The position numbers were made by a program, and so were the translations under genes. Positions 40,860 to 53,590 of a stretch of DNA of 64,000 bases are shown here, in pieces. The notes below the pieces were generated by a model. It had not been told where the DNA came from. It made no database searches and worked only from the letters and a program-made list of their open reading frames with translations. This stretch comes from Octopus vulgaris (Eukaryota). Numbering within the stretch: position 1 is the first letter of the stretch; each line of letters opens with the position of its first letter. The stretch covers positions 18,662,001 to 18,726,000 of the forward strand of contig OX597815.1 of NCBI GenBank assembly GCA_951406725.2, in the 5' to 3' direction.

Positions 40860-41260
40860 AGAGGTTGTAAACATTTCTGAAAATAAGATCGTCTCAATGC
40901 GACATGTCAGCTACTTGGAGATCCAGAATAAGTGATGTCTTCACTCCCTAGAACAAAGGCGGGGAAGGTATGCAGTGATATACATCTGGAAAATGCTAGA
41001 ACTTGTGCCTAAATTTGGCATTGTACGTTACACAAACAACAGAATGGGGTGGCAGTGCATAGTACTAAAAATCCCAACATTGCCGTCTGAATACAGGACC
41101 AGATACAGTTTGGGTTTCAAGGGCCCACAGCTCTTCAATATCCTCCCCCAAAGCATCATTGATATGCGTGGTACTGATGTAAGTGTTTTGAAAACAATAC
41201 TGGATCTCCACTAGTCAAGGGTTCCAGATGAACCTACGCGCGGCAGGAAACTCAGAGGAG
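40860..41260 (+). pseudogene. CR1-like LINE C-terminal remnant (same family as 370-810)
   Basis: LHSLEQRRGRYAVIYIWKML...SLGFKGPQLFNILP...VPDEP. Confidence 0.8.
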
Positions 41261-41519
41261 TTTCCAGATGATTAGAATTTGACAGAAAACATTCAGAGCA
41301 TTGATTGTTTGGTCATGCTCAGTCAACGGAGTTAGCCTTACTTTACGACGCCAAACATTTCACTTGATACTAACGCACGGGTGTAGCAGAGAACCCACAA
41401 AAATTTCGAAGACCAGTCATGTAACTATCCTCTACCAATGAAATCCTATTCAAAATATATATTAATTTGAGCCATGAACTCCCTATAAAAATAGGGCAAG
41501 CTTCAAACACTGGTCAGAA

Positions 41520-41771
<252 letters not shown>

Positions 41772-41847
41772 ATATATATATATAAATGAGGGTGAAAAAT
41801 CGATATTAATTTAATAATACCATTAATTTATAATAATACTAATAATT

Positions 41848-41885
<38 letters not shown>

Positions 41886-41904
41886 CGTGTATATATTTGT
41901 TTTG

Positions 41905-42100
41905 CAAGATTTTTGATGTGAAATCGTGTGTTGAATCAGATATTGTTGTATTTAGGAATGGTCATTTTGCCAGTTTATCCAATAAAAACACACGCACTAT
42001 ATATTTGGTGTTACTTTGCTCCAGCGTTATTTATTTTTTTACATTAATCTTAATCTTATTTCGGCCAGAGTTCTTTCGTCACACTTCTGTGACCTCATCA
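41905..42100 (-). mobile_element. Penelope-like terminal-repeat fragment (family P4), truncated inside the hammerhead core
   Basis: Homologous to 48953-49151; the minus strand reads TGATGA-g-gtcac(agaagt)gtgac-GAAA-gaac-TC-tgg. Confidence 0.75.
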
Positions 42101-43077
42101 TACAATTCTCATTTACACACTCACGTTTGTGCGCATTTATTTGCATGTGTGAACAATATGGGTTGTAAATGCTACTGATAACATGTAATCCAAAACAGGC
42201 AGTCACAAGTCCGGGTCGATGTTCATTCAATTACAACTGCGTCACGCTAATCCGGTAAATGGTATTGCTAGGAACCCAGGAAAGCAGAAACGGAACAAGG
42301 CGTATGAAGAAACTAGATGAAACTGGAAAAGGGTGAACGGCTAACTAGCTGTTCGGGTAAGCACAAATATTCGTGTAGCAGGACAAGCATTAGTGCATCG
42401 TCTCTTGACTTTCTTCAAGAAAAATCCCTATCTTATTCCAAATGCTCTCCAAAGTCTCAATTAGTGCTATGGAGTATTCTATGATGTCATATATGCATAC
42501 ATAATACAATATATATATGCATAAATATATTACATACGTATATACTATATTGTAACTACACACACACACACATATATATATATATTTAAGAAGAGACAGA
42601 AAGAGAGTCATATATGTATATGCATATATGTTTGAGAGTGTGCATATTTACACACATACATATGCGCACATATAATTCCTTGTGATATATCAATAAAATA
42701 ATACTTCAAATTCTGAAAAAAGACAAAAAAATCAAGAAGCTATTCTGGCGATAATACAACTGTCAGAAAAAGGTGACAAGTATATGATTCGTGCTCAATT
42801 TAGATTCAGCTAACAACATTTTCCCTACAACATTTTCGCTGCACTAGAGTCTCTCACCCACATTACACGTGACATCTAAAATACAGGCTTTACGTTACTT
42901 TAATGAATTTCGAGAAAATCTGCTCTCCTTTTCTTTCTGTCTCTTTCCCTTCTCTCTCCGTCTCTGTATGTATGTATGTATATATATATATATATATAGT
43001 ATATTAATAAATAACACATATGCATATATATATACATATATGTACGTACCTACCTCTACATGTATATATACACGCAT

Positions 43078-43260
43078 ATATGAGTACAGGACACCAAAAA
43101 AAACGTCGAACACAATGAGAAACGAAAACATAGACACAAACCCAAGGAACTGGACATTTTTCTTAAACAACAAAAAAATAGAGTACAGGACAAATAACAC
43201 AAGGAAAAAACCCCTTCTTCAGTCGCCATGGTTTCATCTACTCTACGTTTCGAAGGTGAT
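43078..43260 (-). mobile_element. Probable Penelope-like terminal fragment beginning at a hammerhead 3' half (GAAACGTA)
   Basis: The minus strand starts tcaccttc-GAAA-cg-TA-gag, has a T-rich tail and is flanked by TA-rich repeats. Confidence 0.4.
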
Positions 43261-44459
43261 ATATATATACCCATACATATATATATATATAGAGAGAGAG
43301 AGAGATGGATAGATATCTTCATATATATACATATATAAATATATTCATACATATATCTGTGTGTATGTGCGTGTGTGTATGTATAATGGATACACTAGTG
43401 ATTTTTCATGCATATCGGTACAGGTTTACACCTATATCCAAAATCATAAAACTCGATGTATATGGGTATATAAACTTACAAGATCATACAGAAGCGCATA
43501 CAAGCACATGTAAACACATACATACATACATACATACATACATACATACATGCATGCATGCATACATACATACATACATACATACATACATGCATACATA
43601 CATACATACATACATACATACATACATACATACATACATGCATACATACATACATACATACATATATATATATATATATCCATACGTACACGCATACATA
43701 GATAACATCCTACCTACCTACATATATACATACATGTTCATCACTATAAATATGAACATATATAACGCTGTGCCAGTGTGCAGGAATACGGATTATTATT
43801 TGGATGCTAAAATCAGGGTAAAAAGTATATAAATGATGTCTGCCAACAGTAAATATGGAATCTTAAGATCTAAGAACATAAATCTCCTCCTACATAAGTT
43901 CACATTTTTCATATGGAATACTTCTATATCTTTCTCTGCCTTATCAGCCTATCAATTTACACACACTTACAAACACAGATGCTCACACACACACACACAT
44001 TTATCAATCGATATATATAAGCCTGCCTGCATGCATACATCAGGTTGTATGTGTGAGTGCATATGTGCATGTGATCATTACTATGTTAGTATTCTCGACC
44101 ATTGGACTGCGGACATGTATCACTGTAACTCATGTTGCAGTATTTTTGTTACGCATTTAGGAATGAAAAATTTTGATAACGCTCTCACCATATGTGATAT
44201 AATTCCACCTATATCCTGTATAAAATATTGGCCAAATATATTTTATTTATGTTGGCATCTACGCTGTACAAATTCTTCAGGATTTGACCATAAAGAGCTA
44301 TAAGTCCTTACCATGCAGTAGTTGCAATGCAATATGTAACTCTCACTGGGAACGGGGTTCTCGGAAGATTGATTGAGACTATGCTAGGAAGACTATTTGG
44401 CTGCTTTCAATGCAGTAGTTTGAATATAAATACATAGACAATTATAGTACCTTATATAT

Positions 44460-44650
44460 ATTTTTATACTGCACACAAGGGGTTAAACATAGAGGGGACA
44501 AGCAAAGACAGACACAGGGATTAAGTCGATTACATCGACCTCAGTACTCAAGGATGAAAGGCAAAGTTGACCCCGGCGGAATTTGAACTCAGAACGTAAC
44601 GACAGACGCATTTCGCCTGGCGTGCTAACGTTTCTGCCAGCTCGCCGCCT
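44460..44650 (-). mobile_element. SINE family A with internal deletions
   Basis: TSD tatagtaccttatata on both sides. Confidence 0.9.
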
Positions 44651-45044
44651 TACGACTATAGTACCTTATATAATGTCTAAAGGACAAAAAAAGAATAATC
44701 CAAATTGTGCTGGCTGGAACGTTTGCGGTATTTCCTGTTTAGCGAAAATTACCTAGGATTACTCAACAAACCTAATTTTTGGAATACATTTTGTGCATAT
44801 TAAATTGAAGGACAGCATAATAAATCAATCATTGAAAATTTTCCATTAAAGAAAATAAACAAAAAGCAGAGAACAAAGAATACAATAAGGACTTATTGTC
44901 TTAAGAATAACACCATGAGCAGATCTTAGCGAAGTGGATATAGCATTCTACCATGACAAAACAGGGTGACGTGGAAACAGCAGAAGTAGTAACGTCATCA
45001 TCATTATCATCATCAGCAACAGCAGCAGTAGCAGCAGCAGCAGC

Positions 45045-45233
45045 AGCCGTTCAAGGACTTGGACCTGGAGATCTCCATTTCCAGCGGCTTCGAGGGCCAC
45101 TTCCCAGTGGTGTCGGGCGTCAACGAAGAGCCCTCAACTACAAGACGACCAAATTTGTTTTCCAAGATCTGGGGTCTCCCGCCCCTAAGCCCTAGACCAT
45201 CGCCTAATCACCCTTATCCATCTTGTTGCTTAA
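45045..45233. mobile_element. About 190-bp dispersed element (copy 2), between (GCA)n and (AAC)n/(TAG)n
   Basis: Aligns end to end with 3543-3737. Confidence 0.85.
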
Positions 45234-45276
45234 CAACAACAACAGTAGTGGCAGTAGCAACAGCAGCAGCATTAGC

Positions 45277-45331
<55 letters not shown>

Positions 45332-45789
45332 ATCGACCACTTTGTTGATTGTTTCACACTCTAGAACCTCTCCAGCCAATCTTCGAACGTTGCCTTCCAC
45401 GCACCTCTGTTGCAGAGTTATCGTAACACATATTTCGGTCTTGACGCTCTTATTCTTACTCTCACAAAGGTTTAGTTGCTGTTGCTGTTAACCATTCATA
45501 GGCTCAACGATAAAAACCAATAAGTGAATGTTTGCGAAGTCCCTAGAAATGACACTGTAATTGTAATCAAATCGTGAACTGTCTCGAAAAAGAAGGGAAA
45601 CATTGAATACTGTTGTCCTAGATATACAATGTTGAAATAAAATAACTTATAGTAGTGACTCGTCGCGAACAAAACAACGTCAATATTACTTTTCACTACT
45701 CTACGCAAACATTTTTCTATCTACACACAACCGAGATACTTGAAGCCACGCTTACAGCCATAGTTGAAATTCAACAACACGGGTTGATA

Positions 45790-46160
45790 AGCCATAAGAC
45801 GTGTGCCAGAACCTCCTGGAAAATAACCATAGCGTGGTTCATTCCACAGTTGAATTGGAACAGTCAAAAAGAGTGATAGCCGTGAAGAGGACAAAGATTA
45901 AGTGGCCGAAAGCAAATGACGCAGCGAGTTATAAAAAATTTGACAACGCGGCCCGCTGACACTCGTTGCCGCTACATCGAAGAGGCCAGGGAACAGAAGA
46001 AAGAAGAAAGAAGACATGCACCCAACACCAGAGCTGAAGACACCTCCGAAAGGGGGGGAGCGGCCACGTCAAAACGGTAGAGGAGTAGGGGCCGAAACCG
46101 GACGTGGTTCCTCCTGATGATGTCTTGAGCTAATTGGATCCACGAAACACAGTTGAAATT
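45790..46160 (+). mobile_element. Internally deleted HERO-like (R2-group, RLE) non-LTR element: N-terminal ORF piece fused to a structured 3' UTR; limits approximate
   Basis: Frame 45810-45959 reads NLLENNHSVVHSTVELEQSKRVIAVKRTKIKWPKANDAASYKKFDNAAR*. The ExxHS...(R/K)IKWPxAN...FD pattern resembles HERO ORFs as recalled. The 3' part has a GAAAC...CTGATGATGT motif. Confidence 0.55.
46063..46126 (+). ncRNA. Candidate hammerhead ribozyme with a permuted, pseudoknotted strand order
   Basis: GUA triplet at 46077-46079, GAAA at 46094-46097 and CUGAUGA at 46114-46120; stems I and III pair perfectly in hammerhead register. Confidence 0.55.
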
Positions 46161-46498
46161 CCTCAGAAGTCAGAGTTGAAGACACAGTTAAAGCTACAGA
46201 TGAACCACCTAGTGTTTCAATAAAGAGCGACATTGAAAATACGAGAGAAATAACATTACTTTATATCTTCTGAAGCAGCAAGAAATATTCTTACGCTACA
46301 CACTTATGATTGACCAACCTACAGACCTCAAACCTTCAAAATTCATTTCAACTCGCAACTCTATCAATAATTAATCATATCTCGTAACATCTCTTATATT
46401 CTTTTTCATTTAGCCGTTTTCAGTCTAATGCTAGATGAAGTTTCAATTTCCCATTGGATGCTTATCTATGTTTCTTGTAGTCCTAGCTATTCATATAT

Positions 46499-46727
46499 AT
46501 TTCTTTACTGCCCACAAGGGGCTAAACATAGAGGGGACAAACAAGGACAGACGAAGGGAATAAGTCGATTACATCGACCCCAATGCGAAACTGGTACTTT
46601 ATTTATCGACCCCGAAAGGATGAAAGGTAAAGTCGACCTCGGCGGAATTTGAACTCAGAACGTAACGACAGACGAAATACCGCTAAGCATTTCGCCCGGC
46701 GCGCTAACGTTTCTGCCAGCTCGCCGC
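46499..46727 (-). mobile_element. SINE family A
   Basis: TSD gctattcatatat. Confidence 0.95.
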
Positions 46728-47477
46728 TATTCATATATGTTAGGTGGGTACTCGCGAGCTTGTCTAACTGCTTCTTTCTATTGAAAGGGCATGTATAACA
46801 TTCCTAAGTCTCTTTTTTGTGCTGAATAACTGCCGAATCACCTACAAAGCTCAATTTCGATTCATAGCATTGTTGCTGCTTCATATGCAAACATGGTAGT
46901 ACAATGTTGGGTAGAACACATATAAATATGAAAAGATGCTTTGAATTTAATTAAAGACTATCACTTCTAATGAACTGAAATACTTTCCATTCTCTGTTAC
47001 ATCTGCGGATACTATTTCAGCGACAAAAGAATCACCTAGGACACCTTCGCATGGTCGTTCTTTCTCCTAGAAATAGCAGCTAAATTTCGTTTCTACAAGA
47101 TCTTAATATATTCAAAAGGATATTTTAGATTACATTTGATAATGTAATCAAAGTCGACTTGATATTAAAAAAAAGTGACAAACATAACAATAGCTATCTG
47201 AACAAATTCGGTGACGGGATAGGATATATATCAGATGATGTAGTTGAAAACTCTAAAAGTGAGAGTGTCATGGATGGAATACCGTTAATCGTAGATCTGT
47301 TTGCTCAGTGATGGGTAGGAAATAAATATAAGCATTTCAACACGCGTAGCTGCTCCAGTCTGGTCGGCACAAAGAAAATCTAAGGTATGAGCACTGGATT
47401 CCTTGGAAGAAAGCAAGCGAATATATACGAAAACAAGGACAGAAAAGAAACGGAGAAATGGTATACAATTACAAATC

Positions 47478-47635
<158 letters not shown>

Positions 47636-48952
47636 AGCCAGCGGTTTTATTAGTTCCTGAACGTTTAGAAGCATGAAATGTTCTCGAAAGAAAATAAATA
47701 GCTTGGCATTTCAGTTATTTTAGGTAATTAATTTATCAACCGGGAATTAATAATTAAATTTCAACATGTGTGTATGTGTAAATCTGAAAATAAATTTGTA
47801 AGAACGTTTTTATTTCCTCTTTTGACATTCCAATTTGTATGAAGAGAATTTAAGTTATTTTTACCAAATTGTATATCTATTATTTATTATTTTCATTGAT
47901 GCACGTTCTCACAAATTTATAGAAAACGTAAAGTAAAATGGTGAGCCTCTCTAAGGTTATTGACTGTATAGAAGGGAAATTGCTTCCATTGGGTACCAAT
48001 ACTGTGCCTCAGAATTAGTTTGTCAGGAGTTTACAACGTCCTGTAAGATGATGAGGAAAATTTTCTCTGCTTATGTATTTCAATACTTATGACAGAAATA
48101 GAAAATAAGTGAAATTGAAATCCAGCTATTTCGAATCATCTCTTAAAAATTTCGAAGCATGTCTTAATAGATTTGTGTATGTAAGAGTTTATATAACGAC
48201 ATCACGTCAGAGGTGCGTCATACATAATAATTTATTTTCGGTGTTTGTACTAAATTGCATTCATAAATATCACACCACCGATACGTAGTTGTGCCTCCAT
48301 TGAAATAAAGCGATACGTTATAAACTTGCTTTACTGAACAGACGTATATAAGGAAAACTTAGGTATGTAATTAGCTGATAATTAATTCTATAGAGGTGAA
48401 ATTTGAAGTGATAAATGCAATACATTTTCTAACAGACGTTACAAAGTGTATGCTTGGATTAAATATATAAAATAAATGGCTGATTCACATTCAGTTTAGA
48501 ATATTGATTATTTTTTCTTAAAAATTTGAACGATACTTCCTTAATTGTACAGTTCGCAATATACCACGAATGAATAATATTTTTCTAAATGTCGTTTTAA
48601 TGTTATTATATTATTCCTTTTACAACGTTGTTTGGTATTTGATTGCAAAGAATGACAAAAATAACGAACATTGAGTCAACTCGTACCAAACAACAAAGAT
48701 AGATCATTTTTAATTAATTTACAGTTACATTTGCCTGTAATTTATATTATATGGGATTTGATCAAATATGTCAAATTAAATTCTTTCACTGCTGAGCTGT
48801 ATAATTCTGAAGTGTGTAGCTTCAAATGTCTTACACCTTACCTTTCCAGGAATGTTTTTGGTGTTTAGTCCTGCTCAATGATCATCTATCAGTAATAGCG
48901 CCCCAGCCATAGCCACCTCAGATTTATAGAGAAAGGCAGTATTTAATTTACA

Positions 48953-49582
48953 CAAGATTCTTGATGTGAAATCGTGTGTTGAAGCAGATATTGCTGTATT
49001 TAGGAATGGTGATGTTGCCAGTTTAGCCAATAAAAACACACGCACTATATATTTGGTGTTAATTTGCTTCAGCTTTATTTATTTTTTACATTAATCTTAA
49101 TCTTATTTCAGCCAGAGTTCTTTCGTCACACTTCTGCGACCTCATAAGTGGTCCTTTGCTTTCTTCTTTCTTATTTGTGTGTCTCTCCTTACTAACGATC
49201 AGCCAGTTTGTATTTTGTATTCTTATTGTATGCCTTTATTTATGCATCTGCGTATACCTCTATGTGTGTCTCTGCTTAGTTAGTGTGTTTGTGTGGGGGG
49301 AAGTGCCTGTATTATCTGTATCTCCTGTTTATACATGTTCGTGTAATTTGTTTTTGTTTATACCTACTTATTATTATTTTTTTTGTATTTAATTAAATTA
49401 ATTAAAAAAAAGATTTGTTAATGTATAGGTCACAGAAGTGTGACGAAAGGACTCTGACCGAAATAAGATTAAGATTAATATTAAAAAATAGATAAAGCTG
49501 AAGCAAATTAACACCAAATATATAGTGCGTGTGTTTTTATTGGCTAAACTGGCAACATGACCATTCCTAAATACAACAATAT
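48953..49582. mobile_element. Penelope-like family P4 locus with inverted terminal repeats (arms 48988-49142 and 49427-49582)
   Basis: About 155-bp inverted arms; hammerhead on the minus strand at 49112-49151 and a partial one on the plus strand from 49427. Confidence 0.75.
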
Positions 49583-52500
49583 GCAGTATTTAATGTTTTC
49601 GCTTTAAGAGCATAGCATGTGAGAGATTTGTTTGCAATTACTATGAGGCTATGTGACAACGCAGAGACCCTGTTATTGGCTCGAATACTATTTTTCGCAT
49701 TAGTTGATAAAATACGAATTATGGGCCTCTTTAGGGCCTCTTTAGTCAAATCACACAACCCTTTGTCTATTGAAGACAAATCTTATTTTATAAACAGTAA
49801 GGATAATAATCAGTTCAGTCATAATTAGTAATATGCCGTTTATTTGATAGAATTTTTCACGAATAGCTAATGAGAAATGATGAAAAACTGGAAATTAATT
49901 ACTTCGCTATTTTCAAGATGGGTTGACTGGAGGCTAAGAAACAATAAAAAAAGCATTTCATAATGAGAAAAGGTTTTAGAAAGATTTGCGAAATTGATGA
50001 AATAATCTGACCCGAATCATTTTTAGACATGTTTATGTAGTCTCTACATTTCTGGTTGATCTATTCGGGAATCTTCCAATTACTTTTCTTCAATTGGTTT
50101 ACTGCAAAAATAAGAAATATCAATGATGATAGGCAATACACAATTTAAAGAGAATACCTCAACACAGTTGAATGACCCGCTAGACATATCAGTCACGTTA
50201 CAGTTTTACTGTCTCAATAAAAGGTTTCATTGGACGATGTAGTCTATGATATTAAAAAACGTTTTTATTAATGGTATCCTCGATTGAAGCTGACCTGGGG
50301 TTAAACAACAATGGCTGTATAGCTAACACACAAACATATTAATTAGCTTTCAACATTCTCTTAGTCACGTGATACATAGTCTCTTCATTTTACCAATTCT
50401 TATAATGCAGAGTATCTCTCCCTTTCTAATGCATACTTCTCCCGCTCTCTGTCTCTCTCTCTCTTTCTTTTGTATATCTGTTGCAACCTTCTCCCTTAAT
50501 ATCATCTACACATACTTGTTTATCATCCCTCTTAACATTCCCACATTCTCCTTTTTGTACACACACACACACACAAACACACCCTCACACACACGCACGC
50601 GCCCGTACAGAAGATATGTGAAATGTCTTATTTTAAACTGTTAGCATTATGCATCTATAACGTACAGTGTGGTAGTATATGCCACTTTTCAGATTTTACG
50701 TATCCAACTCTTGATTTAGTGATTTAGCTTGTTTAATTTTGTTGCTAGAATTTGGGTCACATTCCTGATCTGAGAAAAATTCCACTTATTCTCCCACCAC
50801 ATACAAAAGTTCTCCACAAGACCATGAACACAGATCTTCCTTCTAAGTCAAAGTAATGAAAAGTAGTGCTATATAACTGAAATAATTTCTGGACGCATCG
50901 GGTGAACTATAGTCACTTCCATAGATTAAGAACTGGTATACTGAATGACTACGCAAAGAATTCTTAATGAATTAAAATTTGCCCGTTACTTGGGGAAAGA
51001 AAACAAAATCCTGATGTTAGTTAGCGATTGTCACGGAAAAGCATAAAACATTTCTATAAATTAAATAATTAGTTCGCAGAAAATTGAATGATCTTATCAA
51101 GAGGAAAACTCTGGTCGTGGTAAGAAGAATAGCAAACCACTGGGAAACATGTTTTGGCCTTATTAGCCCGCATCAACTGCATCATGTACTAAATTTGGCA
51201 CTGATCAATTGCCTAACAAAAGTTTCTTTTTTACATGTAGAAAAAGAATTGATCAGTAAATATGTCTTGAGATAATAATTATCAGTTGCTAATTACTACG
51301 GTGAGAAAGTTATGTAAAAAAAAAAAGAATATCTCATTAAATTGCAGTCACTGTGTCATTATGATGTGTTATTAATTAGATCTAATTAAAGAAATTTCAA
51401 ACGTGGATGAGATCTTCGTATATAGATATGTAATCGATCTTCTCAATGAATTTTAGAACGTTATAGAATAAATTAATCCTGCTCCGATGATTCTTCAATA
51501 ATTAGCCGTAGGTTTTCTGCCATTAATATATCAGTTCACTTGTACTTTAGTCTTTATGACTAATGAGACTGATGGTATACATTTTGACCTAGATGTATCA
51601 GAACCACTCAGGATCCATCTTTAAGAGTTTGTATTCTTAATAAGTTTGAGGACACTCAACGCAAGCATAGTTATCGAACTTCATATCGACATGGGCATAC
51701 AAAGATCTATCTATCTATCTATACGTGTGTGTGTATAGAAATACACACATATGCATGTTTGGTATGTGTATCTGTATGTGCGTGTTTGTATATATTGGTA
51801 CGTATATATTATAATATAGATGTTAATGATGACTTACTTTGGATGAAGTATCGAGTGCTGTTTACTTTGTTCGTGAAACCACTTGCTAAATTGCATAAAT
51901 ATATAAATATATACTTACGTGTGTGCATGAGTGTGTATGTCTGTTTGTGTCAACATATGCCTGTGTACAAACCACTTATACATGGATATTATGATTATTA
52001 AGTATATAGGAGAGCAACAATTAAATTTATATCCACGGGATGTAAAGTATGTAAATTTTATATGATAGGAATCTTGACAGAATTTCATATTTAACTGCCA
52101 TTGAAAAAATATCGAAAAATATGTCACTTTATCTTGGTAGTAGTGTTAAGTGTATTATGAAAACATTTCTTATTTGTCTACGATAAAGCAATCCTCGCAT
52201 TAATGTGACTTAATTGTATGTTTTCATTTAAAATACTAGATAATACCTAGAATTTTAACTGAACTATTAGTCACAGTAAAGTTAACGTCCGATAACTGAT
52301 GTAGGTTAGTTCTTCCATAACAGCAGTGATAAAATCTCGGAAAATTTGTCCGTATCAATATGCTTGTTTTCCATCAAATGAGAAAGTGTCCGTCCGAGAC
52401 GTTATCAGACCACTCCTAATAACATTCAGATTACGTGAGGTCTCCACACATGTTTTGTATAGCATTGATAGCGGTGAATGCTATGATATTATTTTGAATT

Positions 52501-52869
52501 TTGTTCGAATTGTGTACATTGCTTCTTTATGCAGTTTCCACTAAACACATTATTTCTTTCGGGACCGATAAAATGAAATACCAGTCCAGTATTGTAGTAG
52601 ATGTAATCCAGTAATCCCGATCTTCAAAACACTGCTTACATTGTGCCTAGAATCGTTACAACATCCGAAATAATGCCAAGTGTTATTTGTTTCGTTACTT
52701 TCTAAGTTCACTTACTATTAGGGCCAAATTTTGCTTTCATCTACCGAGGTCGATAAAATAATTTGCCAGTAAGGTACTAGAGACTGGGGGCGACGTACTC
52801 GACTAATTCAAAATTGTTGCCTATAGATCTAATAATAATATTTATGTCTTACAATTTTGGTTATGTAAC

Positions 52870-53340
52870 TGTCTCCATGATTGTAATCATATTATAGGTA
52901 TATGATTAATCTCCAGTTTTGATTATCTTTATTTCCAAGTCTTTATGCATACATATATGATATATGTATTTCTTTCAGAGAGATATTTCATCAGTTGAAG
53001 TCTGATATATCGATTTGAAGGCGTTTCTTTTGTTGTTGATTCTATGTATCAATATACGAGCTTTGTTAAACACGTTGTATGAATTGGCATATCCCAGAGT
53101 ACCGTATGTTTGTTATCGCCGTGAGCGTTTGTGAAGTATGTTTATATAACTCCACTTGTGCTGATACTTCATAGTACTGTCATAATTTTTGCTGCATAAA
53201 TATTAACACTGTTATGTTTGTAGGTGTGTAGGTGTATTTATTATTGCTTACTTCCTTATATTCATGGTAAATATTATCTTCCAGGTTTTGCATAATATTA
53301 TCTTAGTGGCGTCATTATTCGTCTTACTTTTCGATGCAGA
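52870..53340 (-). pseudogene. Decayed R4/Dong-like restriction-like endonuclease fragment
   Basis: The minus strand reads TVLWDMPIHT, KKRLQIDIS and KDLEIKI. Confidence 0.65.
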
Positions 53341-53358
53341 CTTGGTCATTCATTTACC

Positions 53359-53590
53359 TATTTCTTTATTACCCACAAGGGGCTAAACATAGAGGGGACA
53401 AACAAGGACAGACATAGGTATTAAGTCGATTACATCAACCCCAGTGCGTAACTGGTACTTAATTTATCGACCCCGAAAGGATGAAAGGCAAAGTCGACCT
53501 CGGCGGAATTTGAACTCACAACGTAACGGCAGACGAAATACCTCTAAGCATTTCGACTGGCGTGCTAACGATTATGCCAGCTCACCGCCT
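53359..53590 (-). mobile_element. SINE family A
   Basis: 17-bp TSD ttggtcattcatttacc. Confidence 0.95.

Noticed and set aside
43305-43832. HTYI/MYVC repeat ORFs here and at 10.7, 34.9, 56.0 and 60.6 kb
   Set aside because: These are translations of (TACA)n microsatellites.
46060-46110. ccacgtcaaaa / cgtggtt resemblance to pistol ribozyme P1
   Set aside because: The strand order is wrong and the pseudoknot partner is missing; the hammerhead core explains the region better.
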